Assembly: GCA_040876925.1 (NCBI GenBank)
Contig: JBBDOS010000009.1
Location: forward strand, 1-58,764
Direction: 5' to 3'
DNA length: 58,764 nt
Source: Candidatus Saccharimonadales bacterium
Lineage (GTDB): Bacteria > Patescibacteriota > Saccharimonadia > QS-5-54-17
The position numbers and the translations under genes are program-made. Shown one piece after another: positions 19,523 through 28,568 of the stretch. The notes below the pieces were generated by a model. The model was given only the letters and a program-made list of their open reading frames with translations, did no database searches and was not told where the DNA came from. Position 1 is the first letter of the stretch. Every line of letters starts with the position of its first letter.

Positions 19523-20062
19523 ATGTCTGCTATGGCAGATACGTTTCCAGGTCAGCACCCAGATGAACAAGTAGATCTTGTTTTCAGAAAGCATCCTGTA
19601 GTAATGCGTAAATATATTACCTACAGCTCATTGATCCTAGCATTAGGTTTAGTGCCGTCTATATTCAAGCCCTTAGAGCCTTGGGCTTGGTGGTTTGCAT
19701 TAGGAGGATTAGTATTGGCGCTAATAGCTTTCGGATACAGGTTTTTAAGTTGGTATTTTAGTGTTTATATCATAACCGATAGTAGGTTGATTGAGATTAG
19801 GCAAACTGGATTTTTTAATCGTAGCGTAGAAGATATTAGTCATAACCGTATACAAAGTGTAAACTATGAGATTAAAGGTCTTCAGGCGACTTTATTAAAG
19901 TACGGTCATATATATGTTCAGACCTATGCGGGTCCAATAGTAACCATGAAACATATACATAGGCCGGAAGAGATCCAAGAACACCTAAACGAAAGAATTC
20001 GCGGTATAGAACCAAATCACGATCCATCAGGGTTAAGTAAAGGAGGAGAAAATGAAGCCTGA
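19523..20062 (+). CDS. Membrane protein with bacterial PH domain
   Basis: FRKHP, 2 TM helices, WYFSVYIITDSRLIEI..GFF.RSV, YGHIYVQT. Confidence 0.75.
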   Translation: MSAMADTFPGQHPDEQVDLVFRKHPVVMRKYITYSSLILALGLVPSIFKPLEPWAWWFALGGLVLALIAFGYRFLSWYFSVYIITDSRLIEIRQTGFFNRSVEDISHNRIQSVNYEIKGLQATLLKYGHIYVQTYAGPIVTMKHIHRPEEIQEHLNERIRGIEPNHDPSGLSKGGENEA

Positions 20063-21089
20063 TTTCACCCAAATTAAAAGCAAAATTAAGCTAAAAATAT
20101 CTAGAAATGCTAGTAGTAATGCTGTTAAGCCAGATAACCCTACAGGTGATGATATAGATTTAGAGCGAGAGAGCATACTAGAAGGGGGCAAGAAGTACAT
20201 AAAGCCCTTAAACCTATCCCATAGACAAGCTTTGAAAGTTACAGCTATTATACTATCCTCTTTAGTTTTAGTAGTCATATCTATCTTTGCTGTATTAATC
20301 TATCACTACCAAAGCGATAGTGATTTAGTTTATGGCGCATCTAAAGTTATACCTTATCCCGTGGGCACAGTAGATGGCTCATTAATAACCTATGAAGATT
20401 ATCTCTTTGAACTAAGAACCCTGAAAAGCAGTGCCAATAGTCAAATGGGTGAGGATCAGAATGTTGATTTCAGCACTAAGGAGGGACAGGAACAATTAGA
20501 GACACTAAAGACTCTTGCCATCACAGAAGCACAACGCAAGATAGTCACTCGTAATCTAGCCAGGGAAAATGGAATCAGAATCAGTAGAAGTGATTTATCA
20601 ACTGAAATAGATCACTTTATTGAGCAAGAGGGTGGTCAAGAGCAGCTAGAAGAAGCGATAGATAGTTTTTTTGGTTGGAGCATGGGAGATTTCCGTAAGG
20701 TTATTAGATTACAGATGTTAGAGAAAGAATTAATGCTAGATACCGCTAATTCTGTTCTAAGTAGAGTTCATGATGGTGAAGATTTTGCTGAACTAGCTCA
20801 AAACTTCTCTAGTGACGGTAGTGCTGTTGAGGGTGGAGACCTCGGCTTTATTAATGAAGAAACTCCTTTCGTAGAAGAATTCAAGGAAGTAGCTTTATCT
20901 CTAGAAGTAGGGGAGGTGTCTGATTTAGTGGAAACTCAATTTGGCTTCCATATTATTAAGGCTACAGATGAAAGTGATGAAGGAATAAGAGTATCGCATA
21001 TATTACTAGATAGATCTTCTATACAAAAACAAGTGCAGGAGCGGCTAGAAGAAGCTAACCCCAGAGTGTTTATAGATATCAATATATAG
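20052..21089 (+). CDS. SurA/PrsA-family peptidyl-prolyl isomerase (SurA_N + rotamase)
   Basis: TM helix, VGTVDGSLITYEDY, GEDFAELAQNFSSDGSAVEGGDLGF, ETQFGFHIIK. Confidence 0.88.
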   Translation: MKPDFTQIKSKIKLKISRNASSNAVKPDNPTGDDIDLERESILEGGKKYIKPLNLSHRQALKVTAIILSSLVLVVISIFAVLIYHYQSDSDLVYGASKVIPYPVGTVDGSLITYEDYLFELRTLKSSANSQMGEDQNVDFSTKEGQEQLETLKTLAITEAQRKIVTRNLARENGIRISRSDLSTEIDHFIEQEGGQEQLEEAIDSFFGWSMGDFRKVIRLQMLEKELMLDTANSVLSRVHDGEDFAELAQNFSSDGSAVEGGDLGFINEETPFVEEFKEVALSLEVGEVSDLVETQFGFHIIKATDESDEGIRVSHILLDRSSIQKQVQERLEEANPRVFIDINI

Positions 21090-21091
21090 AC

Positions 21092-21169
21092 TGGAGCCGA
21101 TGGGGAGACTCGAACTCCCGACCTCTGCTTTACGAGAGCAGCGCTCTTAGCCAACTGAGCTACATCGGC
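21092..21169 (-). tRNA. tRNA-Thr(CGT)
   Basis: Reverse complement GCCGATG...CATCGGC-T-CCA, anticodon loop CT-CGT-AA. Confidence 0.97.
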
Positions 21170-21269
21170 ACCAAGGTTAATTATAAAGTTGCGGACTGTT
21201 TATTAAAACTGCTACTATAAATTAGTTCGTTTACTTAATAAGTGCATTAATACTATTTAAGTTATTTGA

Positions 21270-21347
21270 GGACCCGTGGTGTAGCATGGTTAACACGCCT
21301 CCCTGTCACGGAGGAGATCGCCGGTTCAAATCCGGTCGGGTCCGCCA
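21270..21347 (+). tRNA. tRNA-Asp(GTC)
   Basis: GGACCCG/CGGGTCC acceptor stem, loop CT-GTC-AC, CCA. Confidence 0.97.
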
Positions 21348-21412
21348 GATATATAGATAATTCTACTGTATTGACCGAATTTAATGATTATCTTGTATAA
21401 TGTTCATCAGTA

Positions 21413-21802
21413 ATGAATATCCGAGATTTTTTTATAGAGAAACCCGTTGAATTTTTCAGATCACAACTGATACTAAAAGATAAATTTATACGTTGGTTCT
21501 TATTTATAGCTATAGTTCTTTGTTTGACTGTAGTGGGCATGTTAGCTTTTAACCTGCGACCAGCTGCTTTTGTAGTGCCGGTAGAATATACTAGTGGCAT
21601 AGGTTTTACTAGGTTGGGTGACTGGAAATTAATTTATAGCTACGGACTTTTTAGTTTATTAGTAACTATAGGCAATATTGCTCTAGCTATAACCTCTTTT
21701 GATAAGAGTAGAATATCTAGTTTTTTCTTACTAATATCTGCTATTTTAATTAACATACTTACTATCGTAGTACTAAGTACCTTATTGGGGCAGCTAGGAT
21801 AA
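21413..21802 (+). CDS. Hypothetical 3-TM membrane protein (CPR type)
   Basis: Three hydrophobic segments; VPVEY..GIG...LGDW loop. Confidence 0.6.
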   Translation: MNIRDFFIEKPVEFFRSQLILKDKFIRWFLFIAIVLCLTVVGMLAFNLRPAAFVVPVEYTSGIGFTRLGDWKLIYSYGLFSLLVTIGNIALAITSFDKSRISSFFLLISAILINILTIVVLSTLLGQLG

Positions 21803-21806
21803 TTTT

Positions 21807-22850
21807 ATGGTATCGCTAGATCATCTAATAGTTTTTTCTGTAGCTTTTGCGGTTAGTTTTTTGGCTATACCATTAGTTAAAAAACTGGCAATACGAATAG
21901 AGGCTATGGATGTCCCTGATTCTAGAAAGATTCATAGCAAGCCATTACCTAGGATAGGTGGTTTAGCTATATTTCTCGGCTTTATCATCCCTTTCCTTAT
22001 TTATTTTGATCTAGATAGGAGGTTGTGGGGTTTTCTAGTAGCTTTATCGATAGTCTTTGTAGTCGGATTCGTAGAAGATGTACGCGGTTTAGGTGTTTGG
22101 CATAAATTAACTTGGCAGGCAATAGCGGCAATAGCAGTATTAGCGGGAGGGATAGGTATAGTTGCTGTTACAAATCCTGTTGGGGGTGGATTTATATTTC
22201 TAGATAGTTGGAGAATACCTGTTGAGGTATTAGGGTTAGGCTTTAATATCATACCCCTAGCTAATTTAGTTAGCGTTATCTGGATTGTAGGTATTATTAA
22301 TACAGTTAATTTCTTAGACGGTATGGATGGTTTAGCTTCGGGCGTCAGTATTATTGCGGCTTTGGTGCTATTTGCGATCTCCTTAACTCCAGCAGTAGAT
22401 AATAGTAATTTAGCATTACTAACCATGATGTTATCAGGATCCTTACTAGGGTTCTTGTTGTATAATTGGCATCCATCTTCAATATTTATGGGAGATAGTG
22501 GAGCTTTTACAATCGGACTCATACTGGCAGTTATTACAATATACTCAGGATCTAAGATAGCAGTTGGAGTACTAGTTCTAGGTGTGGCAATATTTGATGC
22601 CGTCTGGGCTGTAACGAGGAGACTATATAACCGTCAATCTCCGTTTGCTCCGGATAGAGGACACATACATCATCAGCTATTAGACTCTGGTTTATCTCAG
22701 ACACAAGTAGTGATGCATCTATACATAGTAGCTGGGATTATTGGTGCTACAGCAGTATTCTATGGTGGCATAACAGCTTTTACAGTATTATTAATCATGA
22801 TAGTATTAACAGTTAGCATAGCTCGTATTAGAGTTGGCAAAATAAGCTAA
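21807..22850 (+). CDS. WecA/TagO/MraY-family glycosyltransferase (family 4)
   Basis: RKIH..P.PRIGG, NTVNFLDGMDGL, FMGDSG, HIHH motif (WecA/TagO type). Confidence 0.9.
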   Translation: MVSLDHLIVFSVAFAVSFLAIPLVKKLAIRIEAMDVPDSRKIHSKPLPRIGGLAIFLGFIIPFLIYFDLDRRLWGFLVALSIVFVVGFVEDVRGLGVWHKLTWQAIAAIAVLAGGIGIVAVTNPVGGGFIFLDSWRIPVEVLGLGFNIIPLANLVSVIWIVGIINTVNFLDGMDGLASGVSIIAALVLFAISLTPAVDNSNLALLTMMLSGSLLGFLLYNWHPSSIFMGDSGAFTIGLILAVITIYSGSKIAVGVLVLGVAIFDAVWAVTRRLYNRQSPFAPDRGHIHHQLLDSGLSQTQVVMHLYIVAGIIGATAVFYGGITAFTVLLIMIVLTVSIARIRVGKIS

Positions 22851-22972
22851 CATAATATTTAGTTGTGGATTTTATAAAAAGTTAGCCTTCTATATCCGTG
22901 GCTATAATGTATAATGTAGCGCCAGAGTATTTAAGTGACAACTAATAATTAAGCGGAGTTTAATGAGTTAAA

Positions 22973-23704
22973 ATGCAAGAAAAAATATCCTTAAGTGTCA
23001 AACCCAGAGAAGATGTAGGTAAAGCCGTTGCTGATTTACGCAATCAAGGCATGATACCTGGAGTTATTTATGGTCAAGGTAAAGATGCCAAACCCGTACT
23101 AGCTGATGAGTCTTACTTGAGGGATGTATATATGCAAGCCGGAACCAACAGGTTAATAGAAGTAAACTTAGAAGGTGTCAAGACGCCACTAAGCACTCTA
23201 TTTGTAGATATACAACACAATCCTGTTACTGGAGATATTATTCACTTTGATCTTTATACAGTAAAAATGGATGAAGCTATTGAAACAGAAGTGCCAATCC
23301 ACTTTGAAGGTACTGCTCCAGCTACTTACAACCTGGGCGGAATACTCGTGACTAATATAGAAGCTATTGAAGTAAAGGCTTTACCAGATAAACTCCCCAA
23401 AAATTTTGAGATTAATCTAGATGAATTAGAAGAAATAGGTGACTCTATTCATGTCAGCGATCTAAAGGTGCCAGAAGGTGTAGAGCTATTAGATGAACTA
23501 GAAGAACTAATTGTTAAAATAGATCCTCCTCGCAGCGAAGAGGAGCTAGAAGAGTTAGATGAAGAGATAGACGAAGACGCTGAAAAGGATGTAGCATCAG
23601 AGCATGGTGCTGATGAAGAGGACGATGAAGATGGTGGGGCAGAAGATGGAGATTCAGAGGAATCAACTGAAGATACCGATTCTAAGTCAGATTCAGACAA
23701 CTAA
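22973..23704 (+). CDS. rplY: 50S ribosomal protein L25/CTC (long form with acidic tail)
   Basis: LRNQGMIPGVIYG, DIQHNPV...IHFD, EVPIHFEG, GDSIHVSDL, D/E-rich tail. Confidence 0.95.
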   Translation: MQEKISLSVKPREDVGKAVADLRNQGMIPGVIYGQGKDAKPVLADESYLRDVYMQAGTNRLIEVNLEGVKTPLSTLFVDIQHNPVTGDIIHFDLYTVKMDEAIETEVPIHFEGTAPATYNLGGILVTNIEAIEVKALPDKLPKNFEINLDELEEIGDSIHVSDLKVPEGVELLDELEELIVKIDPPRSEEELEELDEEIDEDAEKDVASEHGADEEDDEDGGAEDGDSEESTEDTDSKSDSDN

Positions 23705-23725
23705 GTAAGCTTAAATAGAAAGCAA

Positions 23726-24169
23726 TTAAGTAGTATTTACGATTTCGCGTAGATGAGATGTGTTTGTGATCCCGCCCCTATAAGATAAGTATCTTACGTA
23801 AGCGCTGGTGTGGAATTTTTTAAGGGTAGATAACACAATATTTGCTATATCTTCAGTGTTTATACTATCTTGATGATTATTAATGACTAATTTCTCTACA
23901 GTATCGACTAGAGCTTCAGCGGTATTGATATGGTCGTCTAACCCTATACATGAATTACAGATACTTATTAGTAGTTTCGACCTACTATAAGGCTCTGTAT
24001 TACCGCTTTTCTTAATAACCGTTAGATAACCCATATCAATTGATTCATAGGTCGTGAAAGCATTCTGACAGCTTCTGCAGCGTCTTCTACGCCATACCCT
24101 ATGAGCTTGAGAGGTCTGCCTACTGTTATAAACATCTGTCTGTTTATGATCGCATATAGGGCAGTTCAT
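23726..24169 (-). CDS. nrdR: Transcriptional repressor NrdR
   Basis: MNCPIC..V.NSR..RRRRCRSC..FTTYE Zn ribbon plus ATP cone, AYVRY. Confidence 0.92.
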   Translation of the reverse strand: MNCPICDHKQTDVYNSRQTSQAHRVWRRRRCRSCQNAFTTYESIDMGYLTVIKKSGNTEPYSRSKLLISICNSCIGLDDHINTAEALVDTVEKLVINNHQDSINTEDIANIVLSTLKKFHTSAYVRYLSYRGGITNTSHLREIVNTT

Positions 24170-24218
24170 ATTTATATCTCCTATAAAACAACTTTTTAAT
24201 ACTTATATTATCTAATAA

Positions 24219-24253
24219 AAATAGCTCCAATTAATTTTTACTAGGAGCTATTT
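24219..24253 (-). terminator. Inverted repeat / intrinsic terminator ~50 bp upstream of nrdR
   Basis: AAATAGCTCC (24219-28) / GGAGCTATTT (24244-53); T-run follows on the minus strand. Confidence 0.55.
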
Positions 24254-24314
24254 AAATACATTTGTTAAAACAACAAATTCACACCACTCTGTTTTTGGCA
24301 CCTTTGTTCGTACC

Positions 24315-24332
24315 ATGACAATATATTGTCAT
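24315..24332. promoter_or_regulatory. Perfect 18-bp palindrome resembling an NrdR box
   Basis: ATGACAATATATTGTCAT; core ACAATATATTGT fits the NrdR box aCwAtATaTwGt; ~150 bp upstream of nrdR. Confidence 0.55.
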
Positions 24333-24504
24333 ACCGCAGAGAAAAACACAAGTGGAAAGCTGTGGAAAAGTAGTAAAAATGTCTAAAATTATAAAAATAA
24401 CACCTTAGATAAGAGTGTTGTCAGGATGATTTTTTAGTAAATATCAACTTAGCTAATAAAAAAACACCCTAATCATTTAGTAGAAAAGGGTGTTTTTGTA
24501 AGGA

Positions 24505-24663
24505 TTAATGATCTAGATTATCCAAAACATTATCCTCTGGTAGCCTAGGGTGCTTTGGTTTACGTCCTGGTCGCCTTTTAACAGGCTTATCCGCTTCTGG
24601 CACCTCTGCTGGTAACTGTTCGAAAAACAGCGGATAAGAACCAAGTCCTCGCTGCTTCTTCAT
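24505..24663 (-). CDS. Small basic Pro-rich protein (52 aa), not in the ORF track
   Basis: MKKQRGLGSYPLFFEQLPAEVPEADKPVKRRPGRKPKHPRLPEDNVLDNLDH; GAGAGG SD-like run and TATAAT upstream; terminator hairpin directly downstream; GC-richer than flanks. Confidence 0.7.
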   Translation of the reverse strand: MKKQRGLGSYPLFFEQLPAEVPEADKPVKRRPGRKPKHPRLPEDNVLDNLDH

Positions 24664-24880
24664 AGCAATTATACCTCTCTTTTTAAAACAACAGGAACCA
24701 TCTTATTATATTCAAGACAATAAGTCAATACTTTTGTCAAGGAAAGTGGGTAGAATCTATAATGTTCGGTTTTTGAGTTTTGCGGTGGGTAATCCTAATT
24801 TTTTAAAAATAGCGTATATATAGATAATTTTGTATAGTATCTAGGTAGCCATTAGTTTTAGCTATAGTAATACTAAATAA

Positions 24881-24957
24881 GGATCCGTAGCTCAGTTGGC
24901 TAGAGCGCCACATTGACGTTGTGGAGGTCGCAGGTTCGAGCCCTGCCGGATCCACCA
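24881..24957 (+). tRNA. tRNA-Val(GAC)
   Basis: GGATCCG/CGGATCC acceptor stem, loop TT-GAC-GT, CCA. Confidence 0.97.
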
Positions 24958-25189
24958 GGTAGCTTAAGAATGTAATCATATACAAATTATGAGCTCTGTA
25001 ATTATTTTGTTAACTAAAATGCTAACTTTCGATTCAGAGAAGACTTATTAATAGATAATACCTAATTACTTACAGAGTTTAATAGATAAGTAATTTTATT
25101 TTATAAAAAGCTACTTAAACATTATCTTAATTAGTCACAAGAAATTAAAATTATCATACGTATTTAACTTTTCTATAAAGGTATATAGA

Positions 25190-25255
25190 TATAAAAAAAC
25201 CGCAGGAGATTAGTGATTTTCACGACTCCTACGGTTTTTATCTTTTTGTTTTGTA
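25190..25255 (-). ncRNA. Candidate ~65-nt small RNA
   Basis: TTGAAA-N17-TAATAT promoter (25290-25262), A-rich 5' part, terminator AAAAACCGTAGGAG/CTCCTGCGGTTTTT with T-run; no ORF. Confidence 0.4.
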
Positions 25256-25494
25256 CTTTTAATATTACACCCAAAAATATAGGGTTTCAACCCCAAAGCA
25301 TAATAATTTTGTGTTCAATTATAACTATCAATAACAGGGGTAAAACTACAATAATAGTAGACGATAATACAACGATTAAGGATATGATTTAATATTAATG
25401 CTTAAAAGCATGAATAAACTATTTTTCAAAAAATATTAGATTTTTAACTAATAACTGGAGTTATTGAAAATACTTTCATGATAGGATATTTGTA

Positions 25495-25737
25495 ATGAAA
25501 GATTTACCGCCATATTCTTTGGAAGCTAAAAATCTTAAAATAGGTAAATATCGCCACTATTCTGGGAAAGATTATGATGTTATAGGTGTATGTCGTCACA
25601 GCGAGACCTTAGAAGAGATGGTGGTTTATAAAGCTTTATATGGTGAAGGTGACTTATGGGTGAGACCTTTAGTAATGTTCATGGAAGATGTTGAGGTTAG
25701 TGGTAGCATGCAGCCAAGATTTAAATTTATAGGCTAG
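25495..25737 (+). CDS. DUF1653 family protein
   Basis: GKYRHYSGKDY.V....RHSETLEEMVVYKALYG....WVRP..MF...V....PRF. Confidence 0.88.
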   Translation: MKDLPPYSLEAKNLKIGKYRHYSGKDYDVIGVCRHSETLEEMVVYKALYGEGDLWVRPLVMFMEDVEVSGSMQPRFKFIG

Positions 25738-25780
25738 TATAGGTTATACTAATATCTAAAGCATATCTTAAGGAGTTTTT

Positions 25781-27583
25781 GTGGTTAAGAATAAAGATAG
25801 AATACATGCTATGAGACATAGTTTAGCCCATATTATGGCAGCTGCTATTAAAGAGCTCTGGCCTGAAGCTAAGTTTGGTGTAGGTCCGGTGATAGATGAT
25901 GGTTTTTATTACGACATAGATCTAGGAGATAAAGCTATAACAGAGGATGACCTACCTCAAATAGAATCTAAAATGAAAGAGTTAATAAAAGCCGATCTTG
26001 CTTTTGAGCAGTTCGATGTTTCTATAGATGAGGCTATTAAGAAGGAGAATGAAAATAACCAAACATATAAGGTTGAACTACTGCAGGATTTAAAAAACAA
26101 AGGCACAACTTCTGTGAATGATGTAGACTCTAGCACCTTAGATGTGTCTAAAATCGATAGTGTTTCTTATTATCGTTGTGGTAATTTTGAAGATCTTTGT
26201 CGAGGACCACATGTTGAATCTACAGGTAAAGTTGGAGCATTTAAGCTACATAAACTAGCTGGTGCTTACTGGAGAGGAAATGAGACTAAGCCTATGCTAC
26301 AAAGAGTATATGGCGTAGCTTTTAGTAACCAAAAAGAACTAGATGAATATTTTGAATTAATGTCTGAAGCAGAAAAGAGAGATCACCGTAAGCTTGGTCA
26401 AGAGTTGGAGCTGTTTACATTTTCCGACCTGGTTGGTTCAGGATTACCCTTGTTTAAGCCTAAGGGAGCTACATTAAGAAGCTTACTTGGTCGCTATTCT
26501 CAGCAATTACGTCAAGAGAGAGGCTTTGAAGAAGTATGGATACCTCATGTTACTAAAGTTGATTTATATAAACAGTCTGGTCACTGGGATAAGTTTGGTG
26601 ATGAGCTATTTATAGTTAAGAGCCAGGAGACATCTGATGACCTAGCCTTAAAACCCATGAACTGTCCTCACCATGCTCAGATATATGCATCGCAGATGCA
26701 TAGTTATCGGGATTTGCCAATTAAATATATGGAGAATACTACTGTTTATCGTGATGAAAAATCTGGAGAACTTCATGGCTTATCTAGGGTTAGATCTATA
26801 ACTATGGATGACTCGCATGCTTTTGCTACCCCCAGCCAAGTAGAGTCAGTAGTTACAGAATTAGTAGAAGCGGCTCAAGAGCTATATCAGGTATTGGGCA
26901 TGGACTTAAGCTTACGTCTAAGTTTTCGCGATAACTCTAGTAATTATCTGGGTGAAGAATCTTTATGGGATGAAGCTCAGCTCAGCCTAGAGTCGATTGC
27001 TAAAAAACAAAAGCTAAAATACATAATCGAAGCAGGTGAAGCTGCTTTCTACGGCCCTAAGCTAGACTTTATGGCAGTAGACGCTATAGGGCGTGAATGG
27101 CAATTAGCTACTGTGCAGCTAGATTTCATACAGCCACAGCGTTTTGGGCTTGAGTATGTTAGTGAAGACGGCAGCAGGCAGACGCCAGTAATGGTTCATG
27201 CTGCATTATTAGGTTCTTTTGAAAGGTTCTTATCGGTATATATAGAGCATACTAATGGACGTTTCCCGTTCTGGGTAGCACCTGACCAAGTTCGCATATT
27301 GACAGTTAATGAGGATGTGTTGGGTTACGTTGAAAAGGTTACCGAGTTATTCTCTAAGATGGTTTTAAGTAGACCACTGAAGAACAACCAGTTGCGTTTC
27401 AGTGTAGATGATAGCAATCAATCATTAGGTAAAAAGATACATCAGGCCGAAACAGAGAAAATACCAATAATACTAATAGTTGGCCCTAAAGATGAAAAAT
27501 CACAGGAAGTGAGCGTACGTAAAGACGGCAAGGATCAGAAAGTAGAGTTGAGCAAGCTAGAAGAGTTTTTGCTTAGCATATAA
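25781..27583 (+). CDS. thrS: Threonine--tRNA ligase (no N-terminal TGS domain)
   Basis: RHSLAHIMA, DLCRGPHV, GAYWRG, RDHRKLG, KPMNCPHH, FYGPKLD; GTG start with AGGAG. Confidence 0.97.
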   Translation: MVKNKDRIHAMRHSLAHIMAAAIKELWPEAKFGVGPVIDDGFYYDIDLGDKAITEDDLPQIESKMKELIKADLAFEQFDVSIDEAIKKENENNQTYKVELLQDLKNKGTTSVNDVDSSTLDVSKIDSVSYYRCGNFEDLCRGPHVESTGKVGAFKLHKLAGAYWRGNETKPMLQRVYGVAFSNQKELDEYFELMSEAEKRDHRKLGQELELFTFSDLVGSGLPLFKPKGATLRSLLGRYSQQLRQERGFEEVWIPHVTKVDLYKQSGHWDKFGDELFIVKSQETSDDLALKPMNCPHHAQIYASQMHSYRDLPIKYMENTTVYRDEKSGELHGLSRVRSITMDDSHAFATPSQVESVVTELVEAAQELYQVLGMDLSLRLSFRDNSSNYLGEESLWDEAQLSLESIAKKQKLKYIIEAGEAAFYGPKLDFMAVDAIGREWQLATVQLDFIQPQRFGLEYVSEDGSRQTPVMVHAALLGSFERFLSVYIEHTNGRFPFWVAPDQVRILTVNEDVLGYVEKVTELFSKMVLSRPLKNNQLRFSVDDSNQSLGKKIHQAETEKIPIILIVGPKDEKSQEVSVRKDGKDQKVELSKLEEFLLSI

Positions 27584-27611
27584 CCCCAAAAACTCTAATA
27601 ATAGGAAGAGA

Positions 27612-28220
27612 ATGAAGAATATAAGATCGGTAGCCATTGATGTAGATGATGTGTTAATGCCGCATATGGAGGCTATGTTAACTTATTACTACAAGGCACA
27701 TAACATAGAAGTCTCTAGGGAGGACTTAGAACAAATTGGCTTATTGGATAATGCTTTAAGCCGATCAAGTATTAATAGGGAAGATTTCATAGCCGATATA
27801 GAGGGTTATTTGCTAAGCTCAGATTTTAACGATATACCACCCTTTAATGAAGCTATAGAAGCAATTAATAAACTAAAAGAGAATTATAGTCTTAATATAG
27901 TAACTGCTAGGCCAAAGGTACTACACAAACAAACTAAATCATGGCTACAAGCGCATTTTCCAGGAGTGTTTGCTGATGTAAGGTTTACTAACTATGGATC
28001 TTGGGGTTATCCTCATAAAACTGAATCAAAAGCTAATGTATGCCAGGTTTTGGGTGCAGATTTGTTGATAGATGATAGTCCATCACATATTATCGAAGCT
28101 ATTGATTGTGGGATGATAGGTTTATTGTTTGGAGATTATCCTTGGAATAGATCTATAAGTTCAGATTTAGACATAGAAAGAGCTCCTAACTGGGAAGAAG
28201 TAGTTAGTAGGTTGATGTGA
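27612..28220 (+). CDS. HAD-family 5'(3')-nucleotidase (NT5C-like)
   Basis: AIDVDDVL, IVTARP, K..VC, LLIDDS, PWNR. Confidence 0.82.
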   Translation: MKNIRSVAIDVDDVLMPHMEAMLTYYYKAHNIEVSREDLEQIGLLDNALSRSSINREDFIADIEGYLLSSDFNDIPPFNEAIEAINKLKENYSLNIVTARPKVLHKQTKSWLQAHFPGVFADVRFTNYGSWGYPHKTESKANVCQVLGADLLIDDSPSHIIEAIDCGMIGLLFGDYPWNRSISSDLDIERAPNWEEVVSRLM

Positions 28221-28558
28221 GTAGTATCAGGTTTAAGGATTTAGTTTGTAATATGGTGAAGAATATACCAGAAGGCAGAGTGATGACGTATGGCCAGATT
28301 GCAGCTTTGTGTGGTAAACCACGAGCTGCTCGAGTAGTAGGTCAAATAGCTCATTTTGGTCCCAGTAACATCCCCTGGCATAGAGTTGTTAATAGATTTG
28401 GGGGTCTTGCTAGTAGCTATAGTTATGGAGGTAGAGAGGGGCACAGGCAGGATTTAGAAGCAGAAGGTATCAAGGTAGATAATAATTACACAATAGATAT
28501 TAAAGAGTTGATCTGGTGGCCAAAGACCACAAAAACTGAGAGTTTTAGTAAGGAGTAA
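28217..28558 (+). CDS. Alkyltransferase-like protein (Atl/YbaZ, MGMT family)
   Basis: IPEGRVMTYGQIA, ARVVG, PWHRVV (Trp in place of the catalytic Cys). Confidence 0.88.
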   Translation: MSSIRFKDLVCNMVKNIPEGRVMTYGQIAALCGKPRAARVVGQIAHFGPSNIPWHRVVNRFGGLASSYSYGGREGHRQDLEAEGIKVDNNYTIDIKELIWWPKTTKTESFSKE

Positions 28559-28568
28559 TAACACAGAT

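Noticed and set aside
20936-21154. 72-aa ORF over tRNA-Thr (similarly 24803-24985 over tRNA-Val)
   Set aside because: Artefacts of open frames through tRNA genes.
22895-22925. dif-like core ATAATGTATA
   Set aside because: The right arm lacks the conserved XerD arm TTATGTTAAAT; better explained as tandem TATAATG -10 boxes for rplY.
23449-23700. Ser-rich minus-strand ORF
   Set aside because: Mirror of the GAA/GAT-rich acidic tail of rplY.
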